From Nevskiales bacterium (GTDB taxonomy: Bacteria > Pseudomonadota > Gammaproteobacteria > Nevskiales > JBOICV01): DNA of 64,000 bases. The DNA lies in assembly GCA_050740255.1 (NCBI GenBank), contig JBOICV010000150.1, positions 22,048 to 86,047 of the forward strand. The letters are read 5' to 3'. Position numbers and translations under genes: made by a program. Under the pieces are notes generated by a model. The model saw nothing but the letters and a program-made list of their open reading frames with translations, ran no database searches and had not been told where the DNA came from. Shown here in pieces: positions 33,697 through 44,353 of the stretch. Position 1 is the first letter of the stretch. The number at the start of each line of letters is the position of its first letter.

Positions 33697-33762
33697 AACC
33701 GTCCGCGGGAATTGCCTTTCAGTAGGGGTGCAACTGCTTAGCGTAAGAGGACTCTAAAAACC

Positions 33763-34143
33763 ATGAACATCCGCGTCATCCATAGCTTGATCCTGCTGTT
33801 CGGCCTGAGTCTTTGTGGCGTGGCGCTGTCAGCCACAGAACCCGACAAGGAAAAAGGCTCCGGCCGCAAAGTGGACGAGCCTTTGCCGGAAACTTACGAG
33901 CCGCTGATGGGTTCGCCGCGCAACGACGAGGATTTTTCACGTGAACTGAAAGAACTCCGCCAGCTCAAGGAAGAACAGCAGAAAGAGAAGAATCTGAAAG
34001 AAGAAATCCCCGTCGCCAGTCCCAAACCGCCGGCGAAGAATTACCCTATCCAGGAACCCAAACCCGATGCGCCGCCCGCTGCTCCGACCGGCACGCCGCC
34101 GGTCGAAGAGCAGGGCGACCAGCTACGCATTCGCGATCGCTGA
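33763..34143 (+). CDS. Secreted low-complexity (K/E/P-rich) hypothetical protein
   Basis: Signal peptide MNIRVIHSLILLFGLSLCGVALSA. No recognisable domain. Locally lower GC. Confidence 0.4.
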   Translation: MNIRVIHSLILLFGLSLCGVALSATEPDKEKGSGRKVDEPLPETYEPLMGSPRNDEDFSRELKELRQLKEEQQKEKNLKEEIPVASPKPPAKNYPIQEPKPDAPPAAPTGTPPVEEQGDQLRIRDR

Positions 34144-34446
34144 TGCGGGCTGATTAATGACGGCGTATTCGCGCCGGATCAGATAAACCAGCGGCGCCAG
34201 GGTTCCCGCAACGAGCGTCGCAATCACCCAGGGCCAGGCATTCACACCGCGGCGTTTCGCGTCCGCCAGCATCCAGCCGCTGATCAGCAGGCAGCCGATG
34301 ACCAGGTCAAACAACACCTGCATTGACGCCGGATTGGCGAAGCCCGCCTTCCAGATACCGAAGTAGCCGTACTCCAGCATTACCCAGCCGCTATAGACGG
34401 CGAAATCAATCAGCAGGAAGTACAGCAGAAATAATTTGAGTTTCAT
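34123..34446 (-). CDS. Small integral membrane protein (about 3 TM; DUF2834-like, tentative)
   Basis: MKLKLFLLYFLLIDFAVYSGW... with three hydrophobic helices. An alternative start lies at 34458. Confidence 0.5.
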   Translation of the reverse strand: MKLKLFLLYFLLIDFAVYSGWVMLEYGYFGIWKAGFANPASMQVLFDLVIGCLLISGWMLADAKRRGVNAWPWVIATLVAGTLAPLVYLIRREYAVINQPASAIANA

Positions 34447-34572
34447 ATTGCCCTCCATTGGTCAGCGACGGGCTTACAATCCCCCCAACAGGTCAAGCTG
34501 GCAATTACCCGTCAGGTAATCGCAACCGACTCTACGCGGCGCGAGGATGACCGCGTTAATCAGGAGACGACC

Positions 34573-35418
34573 ATGTCCGCAGTCATGCCTTTTGAAGCCC
34601 TCACCGCCGCCAGCGGTGGATTCTCGTCGCTGCTGAAAGCCTGGCGTGGCGCGCGCAAATTGAGTCAGCTCGATCTGGCGCTGGAAGCCGGCGTGTCGCA
34701 GCGGCACTTAAGTTTTCTGGAATCCGGCCGGGCGCAGCCGAGCCGCGAGATGGTGCTGCAGCTTTGCGACGCGCTGGATGTGCCGCTGCGCGAGCGCAAC
34801 ACCCTGCTGGAAGGCGCCGGCTTCGCCGCGCTTTACCGCGAACGCGGACTCGATAGCGCCGAGATGAACGTCGTGCGCCAGGCGCTGGAAATATCGCTCA
34901 AGCACCACGAGCCATTTCCGGCGATCGTGGTGAATCTCGACTGGAACATCGTGCTGCGCAACCAGCCGGCGGAGAAATTTCTGGGCTTGCTCGGTCCGCC
35001 GGAAAAAGTCTGGGCGCGGGTTGATCCCAGCGGTGAATTCAATGCCATGCGCATGACCTTGCATCCGCAAGGTATGCAGCCGCTCCTGAAAAACTGGGAG
35101 CAGGTGGTAACTCTGATTTTGAGCCGCTTGCAGCGCGAAGTTGCGGCTGCTCCCGCCAGCCATAAATTGCGCGCCTTGTATCAGGAAGTCAGCGCTTATC
35201 CCGGCATGCCCGCACGCATGCTGACCAACTGGCAGGCACCGCCGCCGCCGATTCTGCCGCTCGAGCTGGGCGTCGGCGATGTTTCACTGAAGGTGTTCAC
35301 CATGATCTCGACTTTCGGCACCGCCCAGGACATCACCGCCGACGAGCTGCGGCTCGAATACTTTTATCCGGGCGACGATTTCACCGCGGATTTCTTCCGG
35401 CGGCTGGCGGACAGCTAA
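34573..35418 (+). CDS. MmyB-like XRE-family helix-turn-helix transcriptional regulator
   Basis: HTH region LSQLDLALEAGVSQRHLSFLESGRAQPS, followed by a ~200-aa C-terminal ligand-type domain. Confidence 0.8.
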   Translation: MSAVMPFEALTAASGGFSSLLKAWRGARKLSQLDLALEAGVSQRHLSFLESGRAQPSREMVLQLCDALDVPLRERNTLLEGAGFAALYRERGLDSAEMNVVRQALEISLKHHEPFPAIVVNLDWNIVLRNQPAEKFLGLLGPPEKVWARVDPSGEFNAMRMTLHPQGMQPLLKNWEQVVTLILSRLQREVAAAPASHKLRALYQEVSAYPGMPARMLTNWQAPPPPILPLELGVGDVSLKVFTMISTFGTAQDITADELRLEYFYPGDDFTADFFRRLADS

Positions 35419-35569
35419 CCCGTCTTTTTTTGCTTAGATGTTGACTGCGCTCCCCTGCAACTGGACCCCCAACGGGGTAATTCTTGGACGCGGCGCGACA
35501 CAGTTCTACGCGGAATTACTCAAACGGACCTATTTATGATCCGTACCGTGTTGTTCTCCTGTTCGATGC

Positions 35570-36940
35570 TCACGTCATTGGCGCTACGACCGGCCGATAC
35601 TTGGGTCTCCGATCGTCCACCCGCTTTGCCTTTGATACGGCGCGCGGCAGCGTGTTGGGCCGGAGTACTTCAATCGTGAAGTTGATGTTGGTGTCGTTCT
35701 TGAGTTTGCGTTGTACGCGCTCACCAAGATCGGCTGCGAGCGCGTCGAAGTCTTCCGCCTTCAGCGATGGATCAATTTCCACTTGAACCGTCGCCTGATC
35801 CAGGGCGCCTTTGGATTCCATGACGATCAGGAATTCAACGCCGGTTCCCGCGACCTCCAGCAATGATCGCTGAACCTGGCTCGGATACACGTTGACGCCA
35901 CGGATGATCAGCATATCGTCAATACGGCCGTATACGCCGAATGGCAGGCGCGGGTAGGTCCGGCCGCAGGCACAGGGCTTGTACGTCATCAGCGATTCGT
36001 CGCCGGAATGGAACCGGATCATCGGTTGTGAATCGCGGCGCAGGTGCGTGTAGATGATGACGCCTTCACCCTCCTCCGGAACCGGCAGGTTCGGATCGGA
36101 CTTGTCGACAATCTCGGTCCAGACCTGATCCTGAATGACGTGCATGCCACTACCCGCTTCGCATTCGACATTCGTCGCCCATGGCGTCATTTCGGACGTC
36201 GTACCCATGTCTCTCACGGATATCCCCCAGCCCTTTTCCAGCGTGCGCCGCGTGGCCGGAACGCCCGCTCCCGGTTCTCCGACGAAGATGCCCAGGCGTA
36301 GCGGTGATTGCGCGGTGTCGTAACCGAGCGTTCTTGCGGTTTCGAGCATGTGTAAGGCATAGGTGGGCGTAGTCACCAGTACGGTGGAGCCCACCCGCCA
36401 CATGAGCTGCAATTGCCGTTCGGTCTCGCCGGCGCCCAGCGGGAAAGCGGTCGCGCCGATGCGTTCTGTGGCGAGCAGGGCGCCCCAACCGCCCATGAAC
36501 AGACTGAACAGGGTCGCCAGTTGGACTTTGTCATCCGGTCGGACGCCGGCCGTATAGAACGCCTGCGCCATGACCTCGGCGATATAGCTCCAGTCGTTCT
36601 TCGATATCGCATACAGCGTTGGGGTACCGGTGGTCCCGGATGAGCCGTGGATTCGCGCAATCGTCCCATTTTCCGCGCCCAGGTACGAGCCAAACGGCGG
36701 GTGTTTAGCCTGGTCTTCGCGCAGCATCTGTTTGGTGATGATGGGCACCTTTCGCGTGAAGTCCTCCAGCGACTTGACCTGGGACGGGTGGAACCCGGCT
36801 CGCTGGTAGTGTTCCCGGTAAAATGCTACCCGCTCGTACACGCGATGTAGCTGATGTTGGATCAGTGTGAGGACTTCCGCTTCGCGTTCCTGGCGCGACA
36901 GCGTCTCTTTGGACTTCGCCCAAAACACACTCTCGCTCAT
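35570..36940 (-). CDS. Phenylacetate-CoA ligase (PaaK)/F390-synthetase-family acyl-CoA ligase
   Basis: ATG at 36940 is preceded by GGAGGAAAAGCA. AMP-binding P-loop GSSGTTGTPT. 456 aa, the size of the PaaK family. Confidence 0.85.
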   Translation of the reverse strand: MSESVFWAKSKETLSRQEREAEVLTLIQHQLHRVYERVAFYREHYQRAGFHPSQVKSLEDFTRKVPIITKQMLREDQAKHPPFGSYLGAENGTIARIHGSSGTTGTPTLYAISKNDWSYIAEVMAQAFYTAGVRPDDKVQLATLFSLFMGGWGALLATERIGATAFPLGAGETERQLQLMWRVGSTVLVTTPTYALHMLETARTLGYDTAQSPLRLGIFVGEPGAGVPATRRTLEKGWGISVRDMGTTSEMTPWATNVECEAGSGMHVIQDQVWTEIVDKSDPNLPVPEEGEGVIIYTHLRRDSQPMIRFHSGDESLMTYKPCACGRTYPRLPFGVYGRIDDMLIIRGVNVYPSQVQRSLLEVAGTGVEFLIVMESKGALDQATVQVEIDPSLKAEDFDALAADLGERVQRKLKNDTNINFTIEVLRPNTLPRAVSKAKRVDDRRPKYRPVVAPMT

Positions 36941-37049
36941 TGCTTTTCCTCCATTCCTGCATGCGGCGGCGATGGGATTCGCCAGTGGCCCAGCCATCGC
37001 GCCCGACGCTTGTGACGTCTTGAACAATCAAGCGCGTTCGAGTATAACA

Positions 37050-37061
37050 AAACAAATGTTT
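37050..37061. promoter_or_regulatory. Short palindrome in the AT-rich ligase/TetR divergent intergenic region (candidate operator)
   Basis: AAACA-aa-TGTTT, 19 nt upstream of the TetR start. Weak evidence, position-based only. Confidence 0.2.
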
Positions 37062-37079
37062 ACTTAGCTATGGGGTCAT

Positions 37080-37673
37080 ATGAGGCCTGCGATCAGTCCT
37101 GTCAGACGGCAGAACAACCGGATTCAGCCCTTGCTGGACGCGGCGGCGGCGCAGTTTGCGCACCACGGCTACCACGGAACCACGATTCGTGACATCGCAG
37201 TGGGCGCCGGCATGACGCCGGGCGCCGTCTACTTCCACTTCGCATCGAAACACGCGCTGTTGCTCGAAGTGTACGAAGAAGGTGTGCGCAGGGTGTTGAG
37301 CCGACTGGATCAAATTGCCGCGCCGGAAGCCGCTGCCTGGCAGCAACTGGAGAAAATGGCCATCGCGCATTTACAGGCGATTCTTGACCAAAGTGACTAT
37401 GCGCGCGTCGTGATCCGCGTCTTTCCCGATGACGTCAAAGAAGTGTCGGATGAATTGAAGTCTCAGCGAAATCTGTACGAGAAGCGGTTTCGCGCCGTCA
37501 TAGACGAGATCCCCAGACTGAGTCCCCGCGAGCGGAAGTTCGCTCGGCTCTTGTTGCTGGGCGGCCTGAACTGGACGCCCTCCTGGTACCGGCCGGACCA
37601 GGACGGTGTCGATGCAATTGCCAGGGTATTCACCCGCCTGCTGCGGCGGGATAACGATCAGAGGGAGACATAG
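37080..37673 (+). CDS. TetR/AcrR-family transcriptional regulator
   Basis: N-terminal HTH FAHHGYHGTTIRDIAVGAGMTPGAVYFHFASK. Confidence 0.85.
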   Translation: MRPAISPVRRQNNRIQPLLDAAAAQFAHHGYHGTTIRDIAVGAGMTPGAVYFHFASKHALLLEVYEEGVRRVLSRLDQIAAPEAAAWQQLEKMAIAHLQAILDQSDYARVVIRVFPDDVKEVSDELKSQRNLYEKRFRAVIDEIPRLSPRERKFARLLLLGGLNWTPSWYRPDQDGVDAIARVFTRLLRRDNDQRET

Positions 37674-37675
37674 CC

Positions 37676-38119
37676 ATGACGATACGCGCTGCGCCACCAC
37701 GAGTCGTGGTCACGAAAATCGGTCTCGATGGTCACGACCGTGGCAGCCGGATTATCGCCGCCTTTCTGCGCGACGCCGGGATGGAAGTGATCTATACGCC
37801 ACCCTGGCAGACGATTGATGCCGTGGTAAGAATTGCGAGCGACGAAGACGTTGACGTCATCGGCATCAGTTCCCTGGCGACCGATCATCGTATCGTGCCG
37901 CAGCTCATGGATGCGCTGCGGCAGCGCGGGCTGACGCACATCGGCGTCGTGGTCGGCGGAATCGTGCCGGCCGATGAGAAACCCGCGCTGCTGGAAAGCG
38001 GCGTCAGCCGCATCTTTGATCCCGGTTCCTCACGCGACGATATTGTTGCCTGCGTCGGCAAGCTCGCTGCTCAAGCGCAACTGGCGCGCGCTCAGAACAT
38101 CGGCGGAGAGTCGCCTTGA
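37676..38119 (+). CDS. Acyl-CoA mutase small subunit (cobalamin-binding domain)
   Basis: DxHxxG motif (LDGHDRG), GISSL (SxL) and VVGG, the classic base-off/His-on B12-binding signature. Confidence 0.9.
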   Translation: MTIRAAPPRVVVTKIGLDGHDRGSRIIAAFLRDAGMEVIYTPPWQTIDAVVRIASDEDVDVIGISSLATDHRIVPQLMDALRQRGLTHIGVVVGGIVPADEKPALLESGVSRIFDPGSSRDDIVACVGKLAAQAQLARAQNIGGESP

Positions 38120-39795
38120 AGAAGAACCCAGCCCCGCTCCAGGTAGCTGCGCCCGAAACGGCGCATTCAATCTGGACGCAGGAATACCGGTCCCAGATCG
38201 GGGATCAAACGATCCGCAATCGCTCGGACCTCGAGATTCATCCGCTCTATCTCCCGGACGGCAAGGAGGCCGAGGGATATGCGGCGAAACTAGGCTTCCC
38301 GGGTCAATTCCCTTACACCCGCGGCATCTACCCAACGATGCACCGCGGCCGCACCTGGACCCAGCGGCAGCTCATAGGCCTTGGAGTTCCACAGGACTAC
38401 AACGAGCGCGTGCGCCACCTTTTGGAGCACGGCGCGACCGCGATCAGTCTGCTGCCCTGCAATTCGGGCTTCCGCGGAGTTGATTGCGACGAGGTTGACC
38501 CCTTGTTGCTCGGCACCTGCGGAACCGTGATCAATACCACCGATCACATGGATGCCGCGCTGGCCGGCGTGCCGATAGAAACCATATCCACCGCGCTGAA
38601 CGACCCGTCGCCATTTACCTTGCTGGCATTTCTGCTGGGTACCGCTCGACGGCGCGGCGTTGCCTGGACCCGCCTTACCGGCACCTCGAATCAGAGCGAC
38701 TACATCTCCCACTACGTCGCCAACCACATGTTCTACCGGCTCTCGCTGGCCGGCTCCCGTCGCGTGTTGCTGGATCACATCGAGTTCTGCCGGAAGCATG
38801 TTCCAAACTGGCATCCGGTATCGGTGGTCGGACAGCACATGCAGCAGGCCGGAGCGACGCCCGCCGAAACCATGGGATTCACCCTCTCAACCGCGATTCA
38901 GTACGCCGAGGACTGCATCGCTCGCGGCATGGATGCGGACCTGGTGCTGAAGCGCTACAGCTTCTTCTTCGATATCTCCATCAGCTTTTTTGAGGAAGTC
39001 GCGAAGTTTCGCGCGGCCCGGCGGATCTGGGCGCGGATTGCACGCGAGCGGCTCGGAGCGAAGCATCCCGTCTCCTGGCGATTCAAGTTTCATGGCCAGA
39101 CCTCGGGCGTGGACCTGACGCAGCAGCAACCTTTGAACAATATTGCGCGCGTCGCCATTCAGGCAGCCGCGGGAATTTTCAGCGGTCTTCAGTCTCTGCA
39201 CACGGACGCTTATGACGAAGCGATTTCCACTCCGACCGCGGAATCGGCGCGTATCGCGGTGGCGACCCAGAACATATTGCGCGATGAAGCGCGCCTGTGC
39301 GATGTGATTGATCCGCTGGGCGGCTCGTACTACGTGGAGTCCCTGACGGACGACATGGAGCGGCAAATCGAGGCGGTCATCGCCAAGATTGACGCCGCCG
39401 GCGGCATGTACAAGGCGGTTGAATCCGGCATTGTGCAACGCATGATTGGGCAATCCGCGCTGGCCTTTCAACAGCGGGTTGAAAGCGGCGAACAAAAAAT
39501 CGTCGGCGTCAATTGTTACCAGACTGAGGAATCCAATTCGACGATCCAAAAGACCGAACGGCCAGACCTTGCCCGGGTCACGTCATTTGTTGAAGGTTTC
39601 AAAGCGTTCAAGGCCTCACGCAGCCAGGCGGCCGTGCGATCGGCGCTGGACGCGCTGGCCAGGGCGAGCAACTCGAAGACAGAAAATGTCTTCGAGCGTG
39701 TCATCGAGGCGGCGGACGCTGGCGTCACCCACGGCGAAATCGTCGCCTGCCTGCGCAAGGAACTTGGCTTCGGTCAGCCCCTCGTGTTCGTATGA
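38116..39795 (+). CDS. Acyl-CoA mutase large (catalytic) subunit, divergent subfamily
   Basis: [60 protein letters not shown] and [10 protein letters not shown] are collinear with methylmalonyl/isobutyryl-CoA mutases. Overlaps the small-subunit stop. Confidence 0.9.
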   Translation: MKKNPAPLQVAAPETAHSIWTQEYRSQIGDQTIRNRSDLEIHPLYLPDGKEAEGYAAKLGFPGQFPYTRGIYPTMHRGRTWTQRQLIGLGVPQDYNERVRHLLEHGATAISLLPCNSGFRGVDCDEVDPLLLGTCGTVINTTDHMDAALAGVPIETISTALNDPSPFTLLAFLLGTARRRGVAWTRLTGTSNQSDYISHYVANHMFYRLSLAGSRRVLLDHIEFCRKHVPNWHPVSVVGQHMQQAGATPAETMGFTLSTAIQYAEDCIARGMDADLVLKRYSFFFDISISFFEEVAKFRAARRIWARIARERLGAKHPVSWRFKFHGQTSGVDLTQQQPLNNIARVAIQAAAGIFSGLQSLHTDAYDEAISTPTAESARIAVATQNILRDEARLCDVIDPLGGSYYVESLTDDMERQIEAVIAKIDAAGGMYKAVESGIVQRMIGQSALAFQQRVESGEQKIVGVNCYQTEESNSTIQKTERPDLARVTSFVEGFKAFKASRSQAAVRSALDALARASNSKTENVFERVIEAADAGVTHGEIVACLRKELGFGQPLVFV

Positions 39796-40769
39796 ACGCG
39801 AGCGTGGCCGGCATTGACCGAGTGACCCACATACAAGGCTTGGCGGAAAGGGTCGTTCTTCGGGACCGGGCTGCGATTGGCCGTGCGATCACCCTGATCG
39901 AGAACGATTCCGCCGAAGGCGCCGAGTGCCATCGGCTGCTTCAACAGCATCGTGGAAAGGGGCTGGTGATAGGAATCACCGGACCGCCGGGCGCCGGCAA
40001 GTCCACGCTGATCGGGGCATACATAAACCTGTTGCGGAGAGAAAATAAAACCGTCGCGGTCATCGCGATTGACCCGTCGAGCCCCTTGACCGGCGGCGCC
40101 ATTCTTGGCGATCGAATCCGCATGTCAGATCATGCCGCGGATGACGGCGTATTCATTCGCTCCGTCGCTTCGCGCGGACACGTGGGCGGCCTGTCCGCCA
40201 CGGTTCACGGCGTGATCCAGGTGATGGAAGCGGCCGGTTATGACGTGGTCATTGTCGAGACGGTCGGGGCGGGCCAGTCTGAAACCGAAGTCGCTCAGAT
40301 CGCGGACATCAAGGTCGTGGTCATGGCCCCTGGCCTGGGCGATCACGTACAGGCAATCAAAGCGGGGATTCTGGAGATCGCGGACATTCTGGTCGTCAAC
40401 AAGGCAGATTCGCCGCTGGCGGATCAGGCCGCGCTGGAGCTAAGGGACATGCTGAAGCTCCGCAGGGAATCCGCGCGAGCCGTTGCCGTTGTGAAAACCA
40501 AGGCGATCTCCGCTGAAGGCCTGGACGAACTCGCAGGCGCGATCCAGCACATCGCCGGCAGGCTCGCTGCTGGCGGCAAGGCCGCTCGCGACAGAGACAG
40601 GGCTCGCGCCATGCTCGCATGGGCAGCAGCCGAACTCGTCAGAGGTGAACTCATCAACAGCCGGTCGCAGACCGTCGTGGATCTGTGCGAGGCGGTCACC
40701 CTGGGCAAGCAAAGTCTTTCCTCGGCGGCGGCGGCACTGGTGAGTCCCCTGCTGGAGAGACTGCGTTAA
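39792..40769 (+). CDS. meaB: MeaB/ArgK-type G3E GTPase (mutase chaperone)
   Basis: P-loop [31 protein letters not shown] overlap with the mutase gene. Confidence 0.9.
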   Translation: MNASVAGIDRVTHIQGLAERVVLRDRAAIGRAITLIENDSAEGAECHRLLQQHRGKGLVIGITGPPGAGKSTLIGAYINLLRRENKTVAVIAIDPSSPLTGGAILGDRIRMSDHAADDGVFIRSVASRGHVGGLSATVHGVIQVMEAAGYDVVIVETVGAGQSETEVAQIADIKVVVMAPGLGDHVQAIKAGILEIADILVVNKADSPLADQAALELRDMLKLRRESARAVAVVKTKAISAEGLDELAGAIQHIAGRLAAGGKAARDRDRARAMLAWAAAELVRGELINSRSQTVVDLCEAVTLGKQSLSSAAAALVSPLLERLR

Positions 40770-40775
40770 GGCCGG

Positions 40776-42083
40776 CTACTTGAGTAGTCCCGAATTCACG
40801 ATCGCCCGCGCATAGCCGGCCTCCGCCCGTTCGTTGCTGGTCGAGAACACGGCAACCACCGCATCGTGTGCCGGTGACACATAAATTCCCTGGCCATGGA
40901 ATCCACTCTTGTAGAGATCACCGTCCTTGAATACCGCGTCCCACTGCCAGGAGTATGCAATCGGTTCCTCGCCAAACGTCGCCACCATCGCCGCGAGCTT
41001 TTGCGGTTTCACGTGGAGCTTGTGTCGCCCTCCATGCTGAATCATATCGAGCACCGCGTCGGGAACAGCCGCCATCGCGGACTTTTTCAGGGGCTTTCCG
41101 CTTGGTGTGAACGCCATCCCGAACCGGGCCATGTCGCGCAGGCGCGATGAGAACATGCCGTGCGCGATGGCGTCGCCTTCGGGCGTCAGCCCTGCCATCG
41201 CGTCGCCCTCGGCGCCGATTCGTGACCAGATACGTTCGGTCACGAGGTCCGCGTAGCGCTGACCGGTCACGCGCTCGAGCAGCAGGCCCAGCATGTTCGT
41301 ATTTGCCGACGAGTATTCAAACGCCTCTCCCGGCGGACGTTTGCGGGTCATGCTCATCAGCGCCTGCCGATGTCCGAGGGCCGGCGCCGCCACGGGCGGC
41401 GTGAGGATGCGCTCGGCAAAAATCAGACGGCTCAGTTCGGATTTCGGCGAACTGTAGGACTCAAGGCCCAAATCCTCCGCATTGATTCCGCTGGCCTGGT
41501 CGGCCAGATCGCGCACTGGCGTGCCTTTCCAGCCGCTCGTCGCGAACTCCGGCAGGTAGTGCTCCACCGGCTGGTCTGCGTCGAGCCTTCCTTCGGCAAC
41601 GAGCTGCGCAGCCAACAAGCCAGCCAGCGTCTTGCTGGCCGACCACCACAGATGATTGTCGTTGGGCCGCATGCCTGGATACTGCTCGTAAACGATTCTC
41701 CCGCGATGCACGACGATGTAGCCCTGCACGCGTGACCGGGGATCCTTCAGCATGTCGTCCAGTGACAACTCGCCCAGCGCAGTCCTGACCACGACTCCGC
41801 CGATCTTCGGATTGGGCGCCACCGGCAGTTCGCGTATCGAGCCGGACCGCGACACCACCTGGTGCGGGAAGAACTGCGCCATGTTGAGGTACATGTAAAG
41901 CGTCTGATCACGGGCCGCGGGCGTCTGCTGCGGGTCGTAGCTCTCCTGTATGGCGCGGGCTTCCTCGGCCGGGAATCCCCGGGCCGCCTGTGTCACCGGC
42001 GCGAACCTGGCCTGCGGGACCTCGGCAGACGCCAGGCTAGTGAACAACAGGGCCGGAAATGCAAGCGTTCTCGCGAGCTGCAT
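40776..42083 (-). CDS. Secreted serine hydrolase (beta-lactamase/class C-like family)
   Basis: Signal peptide MQLARTLAFPALLFTSLASA. SxxK motif (SASKTL). Confidence 0.85.
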   Translation of the reverse strand: MQLARTLAFPALLFTSLASAEVPQARFAPVTQAARGFPAEEARAIQESYDPQQTPAARDQTLYMYLNMAQFFPHQVVSRSGSIRELPVAPNPKIGGVVVRTALGELSLDDMLKDPRSRVQGYIVVHRGRIVYEQYPGMRPNDNHLWWSASKTLAGLLAAQLVAEGRLDADQPVEHYLPEFATSGWKGTPVRDLADQASGINAEDLGLESYSSPKSELSRLIFAERILTPPVAAPALGHRQALMSMTRKRPPGEAFEYSSANTNMLGLLLERVTGQRYADLVTERIWSRIGAEGDAMAGLTPEGDAIAHGMFSSRLRDMARFGMAFTPSGKPLKKSAMAAVPDAVLDMIQHGGRHKLHVKPQKLAAMVATFGEEPIAYSWQWDAVFKDGDLYKSGFHGQGIYVSPAHDAVVAVFSTSNERAEAGYARAIVNSGLLK

Positions 42084-42095
42084 GTGATCTCTCCG

Positions 42096-43175
42096 TTATG
42101 TTGCTGCCAGGTAATTGCCGCAGCCGATGATTACTGTCGACGCCACCAGCGTCGCGATGCCAAGCCAGACCCCGCGCCGCACGCCAACACTCGAGCCGGC
42201 CCATTCCTTCAGCGCAAAGCCCCATAGCGTGGAAAAAATGATGATGCTGGCCATGTGCAGGGTCCAGCTCGAAAAACCGTAGGCGCCCATCTGGCTCTCG
42301 CCCATGGTGTAGAAGAAGAATTGGAAGTACCACAAGGTTCCGCCTAGCGCCGACAGCAGGTAATTGCGCCACAGCGGTGGCGGGGTCCCGTCAGCGTCCG
42401 CCGCCGGGCCCGGCCGGCCGACGAATTCGCCCGCGGACGCGTTACGCAAAATCAGACCAAGGCACCAGATGAAATTAGTGGTGAAGCCGCCGAACAAGAC
42501 GACGCACAATACCGGCAGCCCCTGCCATAGCGCGTGGGTGCCGGCCGCGAGCGAGAGTTCGCGGATCGGCGCTCCGGCAGCAAGGCCAAAGGCAAAGCAA
42601 CTGCTCATCACGCCCGAGAAGATGGCGACGAGTATCCCCTTGCGAAAATCGAACTCGGCGATCGCTGCCTGGCGCTGTTCGATGCTCAGCTCCCGCTCTT
42701 TTGCCCGGCCGGCGCGTGCGACCACGATGATTCCGAGAATCGCGACGCCGATACCGGCCAAAGTGGTCATGCCGCTGGCCGTGGAGGCCAGGGCCAGCAC
42801 CTGACCGCGGAAGATCGGTGGTCCCATCGTCCCGATTACGGTGGTCAGACCGAGCGCGACCGCCATGCCCAGAGACATGCCGAGATAGCGCATGGTCAGG
42901 CCGAAAGTGAGTCCACCGAAACCCCACAGTGCGCCCCATAGCCAGCACCAGAACAGCGTCTCGCTCGGGGCCGCCGATAACACAGCAAGCAAGTCCTTGG
43001 TACGCAGACTGGCAAACAGCCAGGGCGCGATGACCCAACTGAACACGCCGCCAACCAGCCAGAAAATCTCCCAGGACCAGCGGCGCACGCCTTTGTAAGG
43101 CACGTAGAAACTGGCGGACGCCAGACCGCCGAGCCAGTGGAACACCACACCCAGCAGCGGATTCGGAACCATCAA
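42096..43175 (-). CDS. rhaT: L-rhamnose/H+ symporter RhaT family
   Basis: 359 aa, 10 TM helices. N-terminus [28 protein letters not shown] is typical of RhaT. Rhamnose-cluster context. Confidence 0.85.
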   Translation of the reverse strand: MMVPNPLLGVVFHWLGGLASASFYVPYKGVRRWSWEIFWLVGGVFSWVIAPWLFASLRTKDLLAVLSAAPSETLFWCWLWGALWGFGGLTFGLTMRYLGMSLGMAVALGLTTVIGTMGPPIFRGQVLALASTASGMTTLAGIGVAILGIIVVARAGRAKERELSIEQRQAAIAEFDFRKGILVAIFSGVMSSCFAFGLAAGAPIRELSLAAGTHALWQGLPVLCVVLFGGFTTNFIWCLGLILRNASAGEFVGRPGPAADADGTPPPLWRNYLLSALGGTLWYFQFFFYTMGESQMGAYGFSSWTLHMASIIIFSTLWGFALKEWAGSSVGVRRGVWLGIATLVASTVIIGCGNYLAAT

Positions 43176-44353
43176 GATCTCCCCTTCACGTTGTTCTGGT
43201 AATCCATTCCGCCATCCACCAGGATGCTGCGGTCAATGGCGGAAACGCGAGTGCAGCCGGTGAGCGCCATTGCCACGCGCATCTCCGCCGCAAGCAATTC
43301 GAGCAAGTGCGCGACCCCGGCCTGTCCCTGCGCCGCGAGCGCGTAGGCCCAGGCGCGGCCCAGCAGAACGCCACGTGCACCCAGCGCGAGCAGGCGCACC
43401 ACGTCGAGCCCGGAGCGAATGCCGCCATCGGCAAGAACCGTGAGGCGCTCGCCGACGGCATCCGCGATCGGCGGCAAGGCGCGCACCGTCGAGGGCGCGC
43501 CATCGAGCTGCCGCCCGCCATGGTTGGAAACGACGATGCCGTCGGCGCCGATGTCGGCCGCGGCGCGCGCGTCGTCCGCATCGAGTATGCCTTTCACAAT
43601 GAGCGGCCCGCGCCACTGCGAGCGCAGCCATTCGAGGTCCTTCCAGGTGACACTCGGATCGAAGTTCTCCCGCATCCAGGCGAAGAAGTCTTCGAGGCCC
43701 GTATTCGGTCCGAGCACCGGCGCGACATTGCCCAGTGCATGCGGGCGGCCACAGATGCCCACGTCCCAGGCCCAGGCGGGACGCAATAGCGCCTGGCCGA
43801 AACGACGCAGCGACCCCGCGAGACCGGACGCGCCCGCAAGTCCGGAACGGTAGTCGCGATAGCGCGTGCCTGGCACCGGCATGTCAACGGTGAAGACCAG
43901 CGCCGAGCAGCGCGCCGCCGCAGCCTGCGCGAGCAGATCCTGCATGAAGGCCCGATCCCGAATCATGTAAAGCTGGAACCAGATCGGCTGGGTCACATCG
44001 CGCACGACTTCGTCGAGTGGGCAAGCCGAGACGGTGGACAAAGTGAACGGGATTCCAGCGGCTTCGGCCGCGCGCGCCGCTTGCACCTCGCCGCGCCGCG
44101 CGTTCATGCCGGCGAGCCCGATTGGCGCCAGCGCGACCGGCATCGCCAGCTTCTGGCCGAACAGCTCGACCGACAAATCCAGACTCGACACGTCGCGCAG
44201 CACGCGCGGACGCAACTCGATGCCGGCAAGATCTTCGAGATTGCGCCGCAGCGTGACTTCCGCGTAGGAGCCGCCATCAATGTACTCGAACAGAAACTTC
44301 GGTAGACGCCGCCGCGCGAGCTCGCGGTAGTCCAGCGGCGATGCCGCTTTCAT
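43172..44353 (-). CDS. FMN-dependent alpha-hydroxy-acid dehydrogenase (L-lactate dehydrogenase LldD-like)
   Basis: [17 protein letters not shown]-terminal YIDGGS. Overlaps rhaT and the kinase gene. Confidence 0.88.
   Translation of the reverse strand: MKAASPLDYRELARRRLPKFLFEYIDGGSYAEVTLRRNLEDLAGIELRPRVLRDVSSLDLSVELFGQKLAMPVALAPIGLAGMNARRGEVQAARAAEAAGIPFTLSTVSACPLDEVVRDVTQPIWFQLYMIRDRAFMQDLLAQAAAARCSALVFTVDMPVPGTRYRDYRSGLAGASGLAGSLRRFGQALLRPAWAWDVGICGRPHALGNVAPVLGPNTGLEDFFAWMRENFDPSVTWKDLEWLRSQWRGPLIVKGILDADDARAAADIGADGIVVSNHGGRQLDGAPSTVRALPPIADAVGERLTVLADGGIRSGLDVVRLLALGARGVLLGRAWAYALAAQGQAGVAHLLELLAAEMRVAMALTGCTRVSAIDRSILVDGGMDYQNNVKGRS

Noticed and set aside
35419-35569. Possible small RNA or terminator in the convergent gap after the MmyB-like regulator (T-run at 35427-35435).
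   Set aside because: No convincing GC-rich stem precedes the T-run, and no conserved structure is recognisable by eye. This cannot be supported without folding or expression data.
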